A stretch of 64,000 nt of DNA from an uncultured Alphaproteobacteria bacterium (GCA_963721935.1 CAVRMY010000055.1:21151-85150), one strand, 5' to 3'; numbered from the stretch's first letter, positions 30,645 to 40,928 are shown. Numbers and translations: made by a program. The notes: generated by a model not told the origin, from the sequence alone.

Positions 30645-31505
30645 ATGAGGGACACGGTACTACTGTTGGCGATGAATGGGCTGATCTGGGGGCTGATCAT
30701 TGCGCTCATCGCGCTCGGTCTTTCCGTCATTTTCGGTCTGCTCGACATCATCAACATCGCCCATGGCGACTTCTTCATGGTCGGTACCGTGCTGGCATGG
30801 TTCAGCCTGTCGGTGACCGGCAATTTCTGGATCGGCTTTCTGGTCGCGCCCATCATCGGATTCGTTCTTGGCGCCATTATTCAGCGCATCGTCATTCAAC
30901 CGATCCATGGCGCAGCCGCACTCTCGATCGTGGCGACCTTCGGCCTTTCCCTCATCCTGCAGGAGATCGTGCGGATCACCTTCGGCGCGACGCCACGACG
31001 CATGCTGGCGCCGATCCAGGGAACGATCCCCTTGTTCGGAATCGATTACGAGATTTATCGGTTGTTCGCGGCTGCGGTTGCGCTGGCGGCGCTTGGCGGT
31101 TTCTTCCTTTTCCTGCAACACACCAAGCTCGGAATCTGGATGCGGGCCGTGCGGCATGACCGCGACACCGCAGTTGCGATGGGCATCCCGGCAAAGCGCG
31201 TCTATGTCCTGACCTTCGGAATAGGCTTCGCGCTTGCCGCGTTTGGCGGCGCGGTCGCCGCCCCGATCACAACGGTGGATTTTCGGGGCGGCGTCGATGT
31301 GCTGCCGTTCTGCTTCATGGCCGTCATCATCGGAGGGCTCGGCAACTTGCCCGGCACGGTGGCGGCGGCCGTCCTGCTGTCGTTCCTGGAAGGGCTCATT
31401 CAGAGCGTCGCCGACCCGACAATCGCGCGGATCTCGTCGCTGGTGCTGATGAGCGCGGTGCTGCTGCTGCGCCCGCAGGGACTATTCAAGGGTTTTGTCA
31501 AATGA
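30645..31505 (+). CDS. Branched-chain amino acid-type ABC permease (LivH-like)
   Basis: ALGLSVIFGLLDIINIAHGDF, TKLGIWMRAV, IIGGLGN. Confidence 0.92.
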   Translation: MRDTVLLLAMNGLIWGLIIALIALGLSVIFGLLDIINIAHGDFFMVGTVLAWFSLSVTGNFWIGFLVAPIIGFVLGAIIQRIVIQPIHGAAALSIVATFGLSLILQEIVRITFGATPRRMLAPIQGTIPLFGIDYEIYRLFAAAVALAALGGFFLFLQHTKLGIWMRAVRHDRDTAVAMGIPAKRVYVLTFGIGFALAAFGGAVAAPITTVDFRGGVDVLPFCFMAVIIGGLGNLPGTVAAAVLLSFLEGLIQSVADPTIARISSLVLMSAVLLLRPQGLFKGFVK

Positions 31506-32518
31506 GGCGGCGCGCCCTCGAAATCGGCCTGGCAACGGCTGGCGCGACATTTCTGATCGCGGTGCCCTGGTTGATCCCGGCGCTGATCGACAATTTCTGG
31601 GTCAGCGTGATCACGGAAATCCTGATCTGGTCGTTGTTTGCATCCAGCGTCAATCTGCTGTTCGGCTACGTCGGATTGCTGTCGTTCGGGCAGGCGCTGT
31701 ATTTCGGTTTCGGCATGTATGGCGTGGCGCTTGGGATCGATCATTTCGGCCTGTCGTTCTGGCCGGCGTTTGGGCTGGGGATCGTCTCGGCGATGGCGAT
31801 GGCGCTGGTTTCGGGTGTCTTCGCGGTGCGCCTGAGCTGGCATTATTTCGCAATCATCACCGTGGTGTTCTCCCTGATCTTCTATTTCCTCGCGGTTTCG
31901 ATGAAACCGCTGACCGGCGGCGACGACGGAATTAATTTCACCCTGCCGCCGGTCGTCAGTTTCGGCGGCAAAGTGTTCAGCCTGACCGATCCCACGCTGC
32001 AGTATTTCTTCGTGCTGGCGGTGGTCTCGCTTTGTCTTTTCCTGATGTACCGCGTCATCAATAGTCCGCTCGGAAAAGGCTTTCTGGCCATCCGCGACAA
32101 CGACCTGCGGGCCTCGCTGATCGGTCTCAACGTCTACGCCCTGCGCCTGATCGCCTTCGTGATGGCCGGCTTTCTCGCCGGCGTATCCGGGGCGCTGTTT
32201 GCGTTCTTCGGCCGCTACGCCTCGGCCACCTACATGTTCTATCAGGTTTCCGGCGAGGCCGTGGTCTGGACCATCGTCGGCGGCGCCGGCACCCTGTTCG
32301 GCCCGCTGGTCGGCACGGCTTTGTTCATCGTGATCCGCGAAATCGTGTCAAGCCATTGGGAGCATCATTCGCTGATCGTTGGCCTCCTGGCCATTCTCGC
32401 AGTGATCTACGCGCCCAAGGGGATCGTCGGCCTGTGCAACGGATGGCTCAACCGACTGGACGAACGCGATGCGGGACAGTCGGCGCCGCGGCGGTTGACG
32501 CTGCAGGCAGAGCCATGA
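31502..32518 (+). CDS. ABC permease (LivM-like)
   Basis: GYVGLLSFGQALYFG, LTGGDDG, SPLGKGFLAIRDN, IVGGAGT. Confidence 0.92.
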   Translation: MRRRALEIGLATAGATFLIAVPWLIPALIDNFWVSVITEILIWSLFASSVNLLFGYVGLLSFGQALYFGFGMYGVALGIDHFGLSFWPAFGLGIVSAMAMALVSGVFAVRLSWHYFAIITVVFSLIFYFLAVSMKPLTGGDDGINFTLPPVVSFGGKVFSLTDPTLQYFFVLAVVSLCLFLMYRVINSPLGKGFLAIRDNDLRASLIGLNVYALRLIAFVMAGFLAGVSGALFAFFGRYASATYMFYQVSGEAVVWTIVGGAGTLFGPLVGTALFIVIREIVSSHWEHHSLIVGLLAILAVIYAPKGIVGLCNGWLNRLDERDAGQSAPRRLTLQAEP

Positions 32519-32525
32519 GTGCGTC

Positions 32526-33320
32526 ATGAGCGAAGCTGTCACGAGCGAGCCGGTTCTGCGGACCGAGAATTTGACCAAGCGGTTTGGCGGACTTGTCGCG
32601 GTCGACGATCTCAGCATCGCCATTGTCGCGGGAAGGGTCCACGCCATCATCGGCCCGAACGGCGCGGGCAAGACGACCTTTTTCAACCTGGTCACGGGCC
32701 TGTTGAGCCCCGACAGCGGCCGGATATTCTTTCGCGGCCGCGACATTACGGGCTGCAGGCCGCACGTCATCAGCAGGCTGGGGATCAAGCGGACGCTGCA
32801 GGTCAAGAGCGTATTTCCAGACCTGAGCGTTGCAGACAATCTCTGGATCACGAGGCAGGCGCGCAATCGCTATCTGCACGCCTTCCGCCCGGCCACGAGC
32901 GACAAGGAGACCGGATTGCGGGTCGAAGAGACGCTGGAGAAGATCGGGCTTGCCGATCTCGCCGCGCGCCCCGCCGGCGCCCTGTCCTATGGCGACGTGG
33001 CGATGCTCGAGATCGGGATGGCGATTATTTCCGAGCCGAGCCTGCTCCTGCTCGACGAACCGACCTGCGGCATGAGTCCTGCGGAAACCGGCCGGGCGGT
33101 TGCAAAAATCCGCGAGATGGCGCGGACCATCGATCTCATCATCATCGAGCACGACATGGATGTGGTATTCGGGATCGCCGACGACATCACCGTGCTGGCG
33201 CAAGGCGCGATCCTGGCAAGCGGCGGCCCGGCTGCCATCGCGGAGGACGAGCGCGTTCGCGAGGCCTATCTTGGCCGGCCCGAGGACGAAGATTTCATGG
33301 AGGAGGCCTTGAATGCTTAG
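32526..33320 (+). CDS. ABC ATP-binding protein (LivG-like)
   Basis: GPNGAGKT, LSYGD, LLLLDEP, IIEHDM. Confidence 0.93.
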   Translation: MSEAVTSEPVLRTENLTKRFGGLVAVDDLSIAIVAGRVHAIIGPNGAGKTTFFNLVTGLLSPDSGRIFFRGRDITGCRPHVISRLGIKRTLQVKSVFPDLSVADNLWITRQARNRYLHAFRPATSDKETGLRVEETLEKIGLADLAARPAGALSYGDVAMLEIGMAIISEPSLLLLDEPTCGMSPAETGRAVAKIREMARTIDLIIIEHDMDVVFGIADDITVLAQGAILASGGPAAIAEDERVREAYLGRPEDEDFMEEALNA

Positions 33321-34011
33321 CCTCCGGGACGTTCACGTCCACATCGGCAAGCTTCACATCCTCCAGGGCGTAAATCTCGAGGTCAAGGCGGGGGAATCGG
33401 CTGCCCTGCTCGGACGCAACGGCGTCGGCAAGACCACCACGCTGCGCGCAATCATGGGACTGGTGTCGAAGACGGGCGGCGTGATCAGGTTCGAGGAGCA
33501 CGATCTTTCGAGCTATCCGCCCCACGAAATTCCCGGGAAGGGAATCGGCTATGTTCCGCAGGGTCGCGGCATTTTCCCCAATCTTTCGGTTCTGGAAAAT
33601 TTGAATATCGGCGTCACCGGCAAGCGCGACCACGATCGTGAGGAATATGTCTTCACCTGCTTTCCGAGGCTCAAGGAGCGGCTGAGGCAGGCCGGCAACA
33701 CGCTTTCGGGCGGCGAGCAGCAAATGCTCGCAATCGCACGCTGCCTGATGATGCGACCGAGACTGATCATTCTCGACGAGCCGACGGAAGGCATCATGCC
33801 ACGCCTGGTGTCGCAGATCAGGCGTGAAATCCACCGCATCAACCGGAGCGGGGTATCGATCCTTCTGGTCGAGCAGAATGTCGAGACCGCCCTCAAGCTC
33901 TGTGAAAGCGTGTTCCTGATGGAAAAGGGGTCCATCGTCTACTCGGGCGCGTCGCACGACCTCAAAAGCCGGCCCGAACTTGTGCACCGCTATCTTGGAT
34001 TGTCGCAATAG
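33313..34011 (+). CDS. ABC ATP-binding protein (LivF-like)
   Basis: GRNGVGKT, LSGGEQQ, ILDEPTEG, LVEQN. Confidence 0.93.
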   Translation: MLSLRDVHVHIGKLHILQGVNLEVKAGESAALLGRNGVGKTTTLRAIMGLVSKTGGVIRFEEHDLSSYPPHEIPGKGIGYVPQGRGIFPNLSVLENLNIGVTGKRDHDREEYVFTCFPRLKERLRQAGNTLSGGEQQMLAIARCLMMRPRLIILDEPTEGIMPRLVSQIRREIHRINRSGVSILLVEQNVETALKLCESVFLMEKGSIVYSGASHDLKSRPELVHRYLGLSQ

Positions 34012-34041
34012 GATAAAACTGATCCCAGGGAGGGTCCGATC

Positions 34042-35319
34042 ATGGCCAGGAGACTTTCACGGCGCAGCTTTCTCGAATGCGCGCTCGCCGGTGGCGCCGC
34101 AGCCGGCACCGCCAATCTCACCATCATGCGCGACGCGTTCGCGCAAGCTTCCGGTCCCATCGTGATCGGGCATCATTGCGATCTTACGGGCGCGATATCG
34201 TCGTGGGGCGTATGGCACGACAAGGCGGCCAAGGCTGCAGTGGACCTCATCAACCAGGGCGGCGGGATTGCCGGGCGCAAGGTCGAACTCGCCACCGAAG
34301 ATACCGAATCCAACCCGGCAAGCGGCGCACGCAAGCTGCGCAACCTGATCCAGCGCACCAACGCCGAGTTCATCGTGGGTTCGGTCCACTCCGGCGTGAT
34401 GCTGGCAGCCATTCCGATCGCATCCGAACTGAAGACGATCTATTTCTCCACCGGCGAGGCGACCGAGGCCACGGGGAGCAAGGGCACGCGGTTCTCGTTC
34501 CGTACCGGCACCGACACCTATTCGATCGCAGCCGCCAGCCTGCCGTGGTGCGTCGAGAACTTCGGCAAGGTCTGGACCATCATCTACGCCGATTATGCCT
34601 GGGGCCAGAGCACGACACAGGAATCCAGGGTCTATATCGAGCGGGCGGGCGGCAAGGTGCTGAACGCCATTCCGGTTCCGCTCGATGCCAAGGATTTCGT
34701 GCCATATCTGGCTCAGATCTCCTCCGACACCGAGGTGCTGCTGCCGGCGTTCATCGGCTCGCTGTCGGTTGCGTTCTACACCCAGGCCAAGACCATGGGC
34801 CTGGACAAGAAGATGAAGATGTATTCCTCGTCGGCCAGCATCGAGGCGATTGCGCCCGACGACATCAAGGGCGCGGCGGAAGGCGTGTATTTCTTCGAGA
34901 ATTTTCCGCGGCAGCTGAAGGCCAAGGATGACGGCTTCCACCGGGAGTTCAACAAGCGGATCGGCATCGACGATGTCGATGCGCGCGAGATCGGAGGTAG
35001 CCGCGTGATGGACAAGAGCCACGGCTGGCAGGCCTGGGAGGACATTTTCGCGCTCAAGCAGGCGATCGAAGCGTCCGGCTACAAGACCCGCAAGGATGTC
35101 GAGGGCGTGATACGGGCGCTCGAAGGGATGCAGATGACCAATTCACTGGCGCATCCGCAAGGCGACAAGATCATCCGCAAGGAGGATCACGTCGGGATCA
35201 TCGACTGCTACATCAGTCGCGTGGAAAACGGAAAGCTCGAGGTGAAGAAGCGAATTCCCAGGGAAGAACTCGCCAAAAACATGCCGCTTCGCCACAACCT
35301 GTCGGAGATGCCGGTTTGA
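34042..35319 (+). CDS. ABC substrate-binding protein (LivK-like), Tat signal
   Basis: SRRSFL leader; GGGIAGRKVEL, DYAWGQS. Confidence 0.9.
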   Translation: MARRLSRRSFLECALAGGAAAGTANLTIMRDAFAQASGPIVIGHHCDLTGAISSWGVWHDKAAKAAVDLINQGGGIAGRKVELATEDTESNPASGARKLRNLIQRTNAEFIVGSVHSGVMLAAIPIASELKTIYFSTGEATEATGSKGTRFSFRTGTDTYSIAAASLPWCVENFGKVWTIIYADYAWGQSTTQESRVYIERAGGKVLNAIPVPLDAKDFVPYLAQISSDTEVLLPAFIGSLSVAFYTQAKTMGLDKKMKMYSSSASIEAIAPDDIKGAAEGVYFFENFPRQLKAKDDGFHREFNKRIGIDDVDAREIGGSRVMDKSHGWQAWEDIFALKQAIEASGYKTRKDVEGVIRALEGMQMTNSLAHPQGDKIIRKEDHVGIIDCYISRVENGKLEVKKRIPREELAKNMPLRHNLSEMPV

Positions 35320-35491
35320 CCCGAGCGGGGCGTTGATAGCCCTTGCCTGCGGCAAGTAGCTACGTCGCTGCCCGTTTCGGCATGGTTTAGGCTTCGTTAA
35401 CGCGATCGCTTGATTGTGGCCCTGCCCGCGACCCGAACCTTAAAATTTTAGGTGTATTGGATGGCCCCAATAATAACGGCGGGGGCCGAAC

Positions 35492-35731
35492 ATGATATTT
35501 GAATTCATAATATTTCCCGGAGCGGTTTTCCTTGGTGTGACGCTGGCAGGAAAGCTGATCGAGCGTCAGCGCGACATTCTTTACGGACCTTATATTGCCG
35601 GCCGCAGAGACCCGCTCGCCGGGTTGAATGCTCGCCTTGCTCTGGCACGAATTGGCTTTCGCCAAAGCTTCGCCCGCTTCACCCTGAAATTTGCGACACT
35701 TGGCTGCTTTGTGCCTGCGATCATCGGCTGA
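35492..35731 (+). CDS. Small hypothetical membrane protein
   Basis: 79-aa ORF with hydrophobic N- and C-terminal stretches. Confidence 0.5.
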   Translation: MIFEFIIFPGAVFLGVTLAGKLIERQRDILYGPYIAGRRDPLAGLNARLALARIGFRQSFARFTLKFATLGCFVPAIIG

Positions 35732-35742
35732 GGAAGAAAGCC

Positions 35743-35949
35743 ATGAATCCCGACCAGCAGCCGTGCGAGAGACGATCGGGGCTGAAGATCGTCTGCGACG
35801 AGTGCGGTAATTTGTCCATCAAGGCGATTGACCCGGACAATGCAACCGACCTCGCCAAGATATATTGCGGCCGCTGCAACGCGGTCCGCGGAACGCTTGC
35901 CGACTTACGCGAAATGGCGCGCAGAAGCACCAACGTCTTCGAAATCTAG
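35743..35949 (+). CDS. Small zinc-ribbon-like hypothetical protein
   Basis: GAGGA SD upstream; CDEC and CGRC pairs in 68 aa. Confidence 0.6.
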   Translation: MNPDQQPCERRSGLKIVCDECGNLSIKAIDPDNATDLAKIYCGRCNAVRGTLADLREMARRSTNVFEI

Positions 35950-36210
35950 CGCCAGGCGAGGCCTGAAGAAGCGGAACTCCAGCCTTGCCAGGCTGTCGGT
36001 GACCGGCTCGACCGGCCGTCGCCTGGAGCGCAGACGTTCCGCTCTGATGCCGAGAAAGTGCCGCAAATCGACTTCGGCCTGCCTGATCCGGTTCCGAATC
36101 TCGCGACGGTCGAATGTGGTGAGCGTCGGGCCGGCCAGCTCGCGCCAGGCGTTTCGTTGAATTGCCGTCAGCGCCTCGATTTCGTGGGCCAAAGCCTCAG
36201 CATCGCTCAT
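35905..36210 (-). CDS. Small hypothetical helical protein
   Basis: 101-aa ORF with amphipathic-helix composition; the 3' end overlaps the convergent gene. Confidence 0.55.
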   Translation of the reverse strand: MSDAEALAHEIEALTAIQRNAWRELAGPTLTTFDRREIRNRIRQAEVDLRHFLGIRAERLRSRRRPVEPVTDSLARLEFRFFRPRLALDFEDVGASARHFA

Positions 36211-36356
36211 AGCTTATCCAATCTAAAGTTGTATGCGAGCTCTATTTCTATCCTTGATTCCTTAAGGATGGTTAACGAAACACTTGCGCTGCCGTTACGG
36301 CCGTTACCTTCTTCCGGTTCATCTTTCTTCAAGACCGGATGCGGTAGTCATGACGT

Positions 36357-37592
36357 ATGTTGATCAACATATGTCCATCGACATCCGGATCAGATGCGGC
36401 CGCACGAGACGCGGTCCCAGCCGCGCTTTCGAAAACTTGCCTGGTGCTGGCCATCTTCAACGCCGCGATGCTCATATCGCTTTATTTCGCCCATGATTGG
36501 CTGGTCGATGCGGACGGCCATCTCATCCCCACCGACTTCGTCAACGTCTGGGCCGCGGGCAGGCTGGCGCTCGATGGATATCCCGCACAAGCCTGGGATT
36601 GGGGCATCCACAAGCAGATGCAAGTCGCGATGCTCGGTCGGGACTATCCCGGCGATTACGCCTGGCACTATCCGCCGCCGTTTCTCTTCATCGCGATGGT
36701 ACTAGCTCAATTCTCCTACACAAACGGGCTTGTCGGCTGGGCGGCCGCAAGCTTCGTGCCCTATCTGGCGATGATGCGCGGCGCAGTGGGACAACGATTT
36801 GGGCTGATCGTTGGTGCAGCGTTTCCCGTCGTGCTTGCCAACACGATGGCTGGGCAGAACGGCTTCCTTACCGCCGCGCTGCTTGGCGGAACGCTGGTCC
36901 TGATGCCGGCGCGGCCGGCGCTGGCGGGCATTTGCCTCGGCCTTCTGTCCTACAAGCCGCAATATGGCCTGCTGTTTCCGCTCGCGTTGATCGCGGCATC
37001 GCAATGGACGACGTTCCTTGCGGCCGCGGTCACGACTGTCGTGATGGCGCTGACATCGTGGCTTGCCTTGGGTGCCGAGAGCTGGCAGGCATTCTTCCAT
37101 TGGATGCCGATGTTCTCGCAAGCCTTCTTCACCGAAGGCCGCGCCACCTTCTACAAGCTGCAAAGCGTGTTCGGTCTTGTGCGCACCTTCGGCGGCAGCG
37201 AGCAGCTGGCATGGATTTTCCACTGGATCGTGTCGGGCTTCGTCGTGGCCGGCACCGCCATGCTGTGGCGTAGCCGCGCCGATTACGCGCTGAAAGCTGC
37301 CGCGCTCGGTGCCGGAACACTGCTGCTGACACCCTATCTCTTTCTCTACGACTTGATGGTGCTGGCAATTCCCGTTGGCTTCCTGCTGCGAATTGGCCTT
37401 GCGGGGGGTTTTCGGCGCGGCGAACTGGCAGCGCTCGGCTGCGCCATGGGGTTGCTGATCGCCTTTCCCTTCTTCGAAGTCCCGCTCGGCCTTGCAAGCA
37501 CACTGATCGTGGCTGCCCTGATTGTGCGACGCATCGTAAATCCGGCAACCGAACCGGCGCATCTGCCTCGGGAAATCCACGCGCTCGGTTAA
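36357..37592 (+). CDS. GT87/DUF2029 family membrane glycosyltransferase
   Basis: PTDFVNVWAAG, WHYPPPF, GQNGFLTAAL, YKPQYG, LTPYLFLYD. Confidence 0.88.
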   Translation: MLINICPSTSGSDAAARDAVPAALSKTCLVLAIFNAAMLISLYFAHDWLVDADGHLIPTDFVNVWAAGRLALDGYPAQAWDWGIHKQMQVAMLGRDYPGDYAWHYPPPFLFIAMVLAQFSYTNGLVGWAAASFVPYLAMMRGAVGQRFGLIVGAAFPVVLANTMAGQNGFLTAALLGGTLVLMPARPALAGICLGLLSYKPQYGLLFPLALIAASQWTTFLAAAVTTVVMALTSWLALGAESWQAFFHWMPMFSQAFFTEGRATFYKLQSVFGLVRTFGGSEQLAWIFHWIVSGFVVAGTAMLWRSRADYALKAAALGAGTLLLTPYLFLYDLMVLAIPVGFLLRIGLAGGFRRGELAALGCAMGLLIAFPFFEVPLGLASTLIVAALIVRRIVNPATEPAHLPREIHALG

Positions 37593-37677
37593 AAAATCAT
37601 GGCTGGCGGCTTTTGACCCGCTCCCTGCCTCTTGCTATGGGCTCTGCCAAGCCGCAAACCCAAGCGAGACGGCACCC

Positions 37678-38931
37678 ATGGTCGATCGTCGAACGTTCAC
37701 CGCACTTCTTGCCGGCGCCATCGCTCTGCCAAAGAATTCGCTTGCGATGAATTCCACAGGCAAGTCCGTTTTCTATTCCGCCGTCGGACCGGAACTGACG
37801 CTCTACAGTGTGGACGTCGACAATGCCACGCTCGAACGGCAGGGGACGATTTCGACCCCCGCCAACATTCAATACGCCTGGCCGCACCCTTCGAAACGAT
37901 ATTTGTACGTCGTTTCCAGCAATGGCGGCCCCGGCTCGTCCGGCACCAAAGGCGACACGCATACTGCAAATGCCTTCACAATCGACGCAATCACCGGCGC
38001 GCTCGCGCCGCACGGCGCAACGATCACGCTGCCATCGCGCCCGATTCACACCAGCGTCGACATGACGGGTCAATACCTGCTCATCGCCTACAACGATCCC
38101 TCCGGTCTGACCGTGCACCGCATCAAGGCGGACGGCACGATCGGCGATCGCGTCGAACAGACTGAAAAACTCGACAGCGGGATTTTTGCCCACCAGATCC
38201 GCCTCACGCCGGATAACGATCACGTCATCCTGGTAACGCGCGGTAACAATGCTCCCACCGACAACCCGGCCGATCCAGGCTCCCTCAAGGTTTTCACTTT
38301 CAGGGACGGCGTGCTCAAAAACCTCGCTGCGATTGCGCCCGGCGACGGCATGCATTTCGGTCCGCGGCATCTCGACTTCCACCCGACCCAGCCGTGGGTT
38401 TATGTCTCGATCGAAAGCCAGAACAGGCTTGCCGTCTACAAGCGGGACGCCGCGACCGGCCTTTCGCGCGATCCGATCTTTGTCAAGGACACACTGAGCG
38501 ATCCCGCCTCGAAACTGCGGCAGGCCGCAGGCCCCATCCACGTCAGTCCCGATGGACGCTTCGTTTACCTGACCAATCGCGCCTTCTGGCTGACCGACTT
38601 CGAGGGCAAGAAGGTATACGCGGGCGGCGAGAACTCGGTCGCAGTATTCGCGATCGATCAGGCCACCGGCGAGCCGACGCTGATCCAGAATGCGGACGCT
38701 CATGCGAATTATCTGCGCACCTTCGGAATCGATCCGGAAGGAAAAATCCTCATTGCCGCATCGGTGTGGCCGATGCCGATACGCCAACGCAACAACGTCA
38801 CCACGCTTCCCGCAGCCATTGTGATTTATCGCATCGGCAGCGACGGCATGCTGAGCTTCGCGCGCAAGTACGACATCGATGCCAGCACGCAAAAGCAGCA
38901 GTTCTGGGCTGGAATGGTGACGCTGGCGTGA
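37678..38931 (+). CDS. Lactonase family beta-propeller protein (6-phosphogluconolactonase-like)
   Basis: HPSKRYLY, RPIH, FAHQI, GPRHLDFHP, IHVSPDGRFVY; RRTF leader. Confidence 0.88.
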   Translation: MVDRRTFTALLAGAIALPKNSLAMNSTGKSVFYSAVGPELTLYSVDVDNATLERQGTISTPANIQYAWPHPSKRYLYVVSSNGGPGSSGTKGDTHTANAFTIDAITGALAPHGATITLPSRPIHTSVDMTGQYLLIAYNDPSGLTVHRIKADGTIGDRVEQTEKLDSGIFAHQIRLTPDNDHVILVTRGNNAPTDNPADPGSLKVFTFRDGVLKNLAAIAPGDGMHFGPRHLDFHPTQPWVYVSIESQNRLAVYKRDAATGLSRDPIFVKDTLSDPASKLRQAAGPIHVSPDGRFVYLTNRAFWLTDFEGKKVYAGGENSVAVFAIDQATGEPTLIQNADAHANYLRTFGIDPEGKILIAASVWPMPIRQRNNVTTLPAAIVIYRIGSDGMLSFARKYDIDASTQKQQFWAGMVTLA

Positions 38932-39008
38932 GGATTGCGTGTTCCTCCCACTCGAAAACCCCAGACAACTCCGGGCTAATCAAAACTCATGCTGTGAGGA
39001 GAAAAGCG

Positions 39009-40007
39009 TTGCCCGAAAATCACAAGAAAGATTTGAACCTGTTATCGCGCCGCTCCCTGCTCGGCACGGCGGCCGCTATGGCCGCGACACCGGCGCTGGC
39101 CGAGGGCTGCCCGATCGGGCCGCCGCAGCACGAAAAAGGTCCGAAGGTCTGGATGGACATGGACCAGGTCGAACTGGATGCGGCCTATGACCAATCCGCC
39201 TACGCACCTCTGATTGGCCAAATCCTGAAACGCCTTGCCTCAAGCAGCGATACGACGCGCGCTCGCCTGGGTGAGCCAAAGCGGTTCGCCTATGGGCCTA
39301 CGCTGATCGAAGCCCTCGACCTCTATCCGGCAAAAACGCCCAACGCCCCCATTTTTGTAAACATCCACGGCGGCGCGTGGCTTCTGGGCAATGCGAGGAA
39401 CAACGGCTATGCCGCCGATCTCTTTGTCAATGCCGGCGTGAACTACGTCGCGCTCGACTTCATCCAGTCGAACGCCGCCAATGGCGATCTCAGGCCGATG
39501 GCCGATCAAGTGCGTCGCGGCATCGCCTGGGTCTACCGGAATGCGGCGAGCTTCGGCGGCGACAGCAAGCGGTTTTACGTCGGCGGCCATTCGTCGGGCG
39601 GTCACCTCTGCGGTGTCGCGCTGGTGACCGACTGGCAGAGGGATTTCGGACTGCCGGCTGACATGATTGCGGGCGGCCTGTTGATGAGCGGGATCTTCGA
39701 CTTGAAACCGGCGCGGCTCTCCGCCCGCGGCACTTACATCAAATTCGACGACGACATGGAGCAGGCCTTGAGTTCGCAGCGGCATATCGATCTTCTGCGC
39801 GCACCGATCACCGTCACCTACGGTACCAACGAGACGCCGGAGTTCCAGCGCCAGTCCCGCGACTTTTCCGCTGCGGTGAAAGCGGCCGGCAAACCGGTCG
39901 ATCTGATCGAGGCGCCGAACTTCAACCATTTCGAGATGGTCGAAAGTCTCGGCAATCCCTACGGTCCGAACGGCCTTGCGGCGCTCAAATTGATGAAGCT
40001 CGCCTGA
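39009..40007 (+). CDS. Alpha/beta hydrolase (arylformamidase-like); start uncertain (39009 or 39033)
   Basis: IHGGAW, GHSSGGHL nucleophile elbow, ETPEFQRQS, NHFE; SRRSLL leader. Confidence 0.85.
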   Translation: MPENHKKDLNLLSRRSLLGTAAAMAATPALAEGCPIGPPQHEKGPKVWMDMDQVELDAAYDQSAYAPLIGQILKRLASSSDTTRARLGEPKRFAYGPTLIEALDLYPAKTPNAPIFVNIHGGAWLLGNARNNGYAADLFVNAGVNYVALDFIQSNAANGDLRPMADQVRRGIAWVYRNAASFGGDSKRFYVGGHSSGGHLCGVALVTDWQRDFGLPADMIAGGLLMSGIFDLKPARLSARGTYIKFDDDMEQALSSQRHIDLLRAPITVTYGTNETPEFQRQSRDFSAAVKAAGKPVDLIEAPNFNHFEMVESLGNPYGPNGLAALKLMKLA

Positions 40008-40178
40008 CGCGGCGCCCGCAACGCTTGCCGGTCGAGCGCAAGAAGGGCAGCAAGACCATCGCGTCGAAATGGTATGCCGGTGTTCGCCTTGGCCGTGAAT
40101 GAACGCCAGGCCGAGGTTTAATTCGGCGGGTCTGAAGGTTATCGTGACGCCTCAAACGGCGGACGAGGGAAACCTTTC

Positions 40179-40928
40179 ATGCAAGCCAATTGGTATTACA
40201 TCGAAAATGACGAGACGGTAGGACCAACGACGCTGGAAGATTTGGCCCGGCGGATCGGGAAGTCGGGTGAATCGCGCCTTGTCTGGACTCAAGGCATGGC
40301 CGAGTGGACCGACGCGGGAGCCGTACCCGCCCTTTCGCGGCTATTCCGACCAGGCTCACCGCCCATCCCGACAGCGTCGGAACCGCCGATCGCGGTGGAA
40401 CCCGTCACGCAAGAGCGGGTACCGCTCAAGCAACGACTGGGGCACGAATTGTTCGAATACTCCATGATTTCGACCTATCTGTTCGTCTGCTTTGGCGCGC
40501 TGCTGTTCTACAAGGCGGCCATTCTTCGCAGCGACGGTATCGAGTTCGCGCCTTTTGGTATCGCAGCCATCAAGGCGCTGGTGCTTGGAAAGTTCGTTTT
40601 GATTTTACATGCGCTCAAAGTCGGCGAGCGAAAGGGCGGTCCCGCCGTCCTGCTTCTCGACATTTTCAAAAAATCGGTTGTTTTCCTTGTCTTTCTGAGC
40701 TTCCTGGCGGTGCTGGAAGATATCATCGCCGGCTTCTTTCACGGACGGGAAATTAGAGATGTCATCAGCGAAATCGGCGGAGGCACTTTGCAACAAGTCC
40801 TGGCCACGGGCGTATTGTTGCTGCTGATCCTCATTCCCTACTTCACGTTCCGCATCGTCTCCGTACGTCTTGGCGATGGTGTCCTCTGGAAACTTCTGAC
40901 CGAGCGCTCGGCCGCCACTTCGTCGTAA
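40179..40928 (+). CDS. GYF_2/DUF4339-domain membrane protein
   Basis: WYYIENDETVGP...LVWTQGMAEW, a Pro-rich linker, then several TM helices. Confidence 0.78.
   Translation: MQANWYYIENDETVGPTTLEDLARRIGKSGESRLVWTQGMAEWTDAGAVPALSRLFRPGSPPIPTASEPPIAVEPVTQERVPLKQRLGHELFEYSMISTYLFVCFGALLFYKAAILRSDGIEFAPFGIAAIKALVLGKFVLILHALKVGERKGGPAVLLLDIFKKSVVFLVFLSFLAVLEDIIAGFFHGREIRDVISEIGGGTLQQVLATGVLLLLILIPYFTFRIVSVRLGDGVLWKLLTERSAATSS

Noticed and set aside
36262-36276. TTAA-N6-TTAAC resembling a CtrA site
   Set aside because: Spacing is one base short of the TTAA-N7-TTAAC consensus; at best a half site.
38394-39008. Possible lactonase-hydrolase fusion or programmed frameshift
   Set aside because: An incidental open frame overlapping the lactonase, which has its own stop; no slippery site seen.
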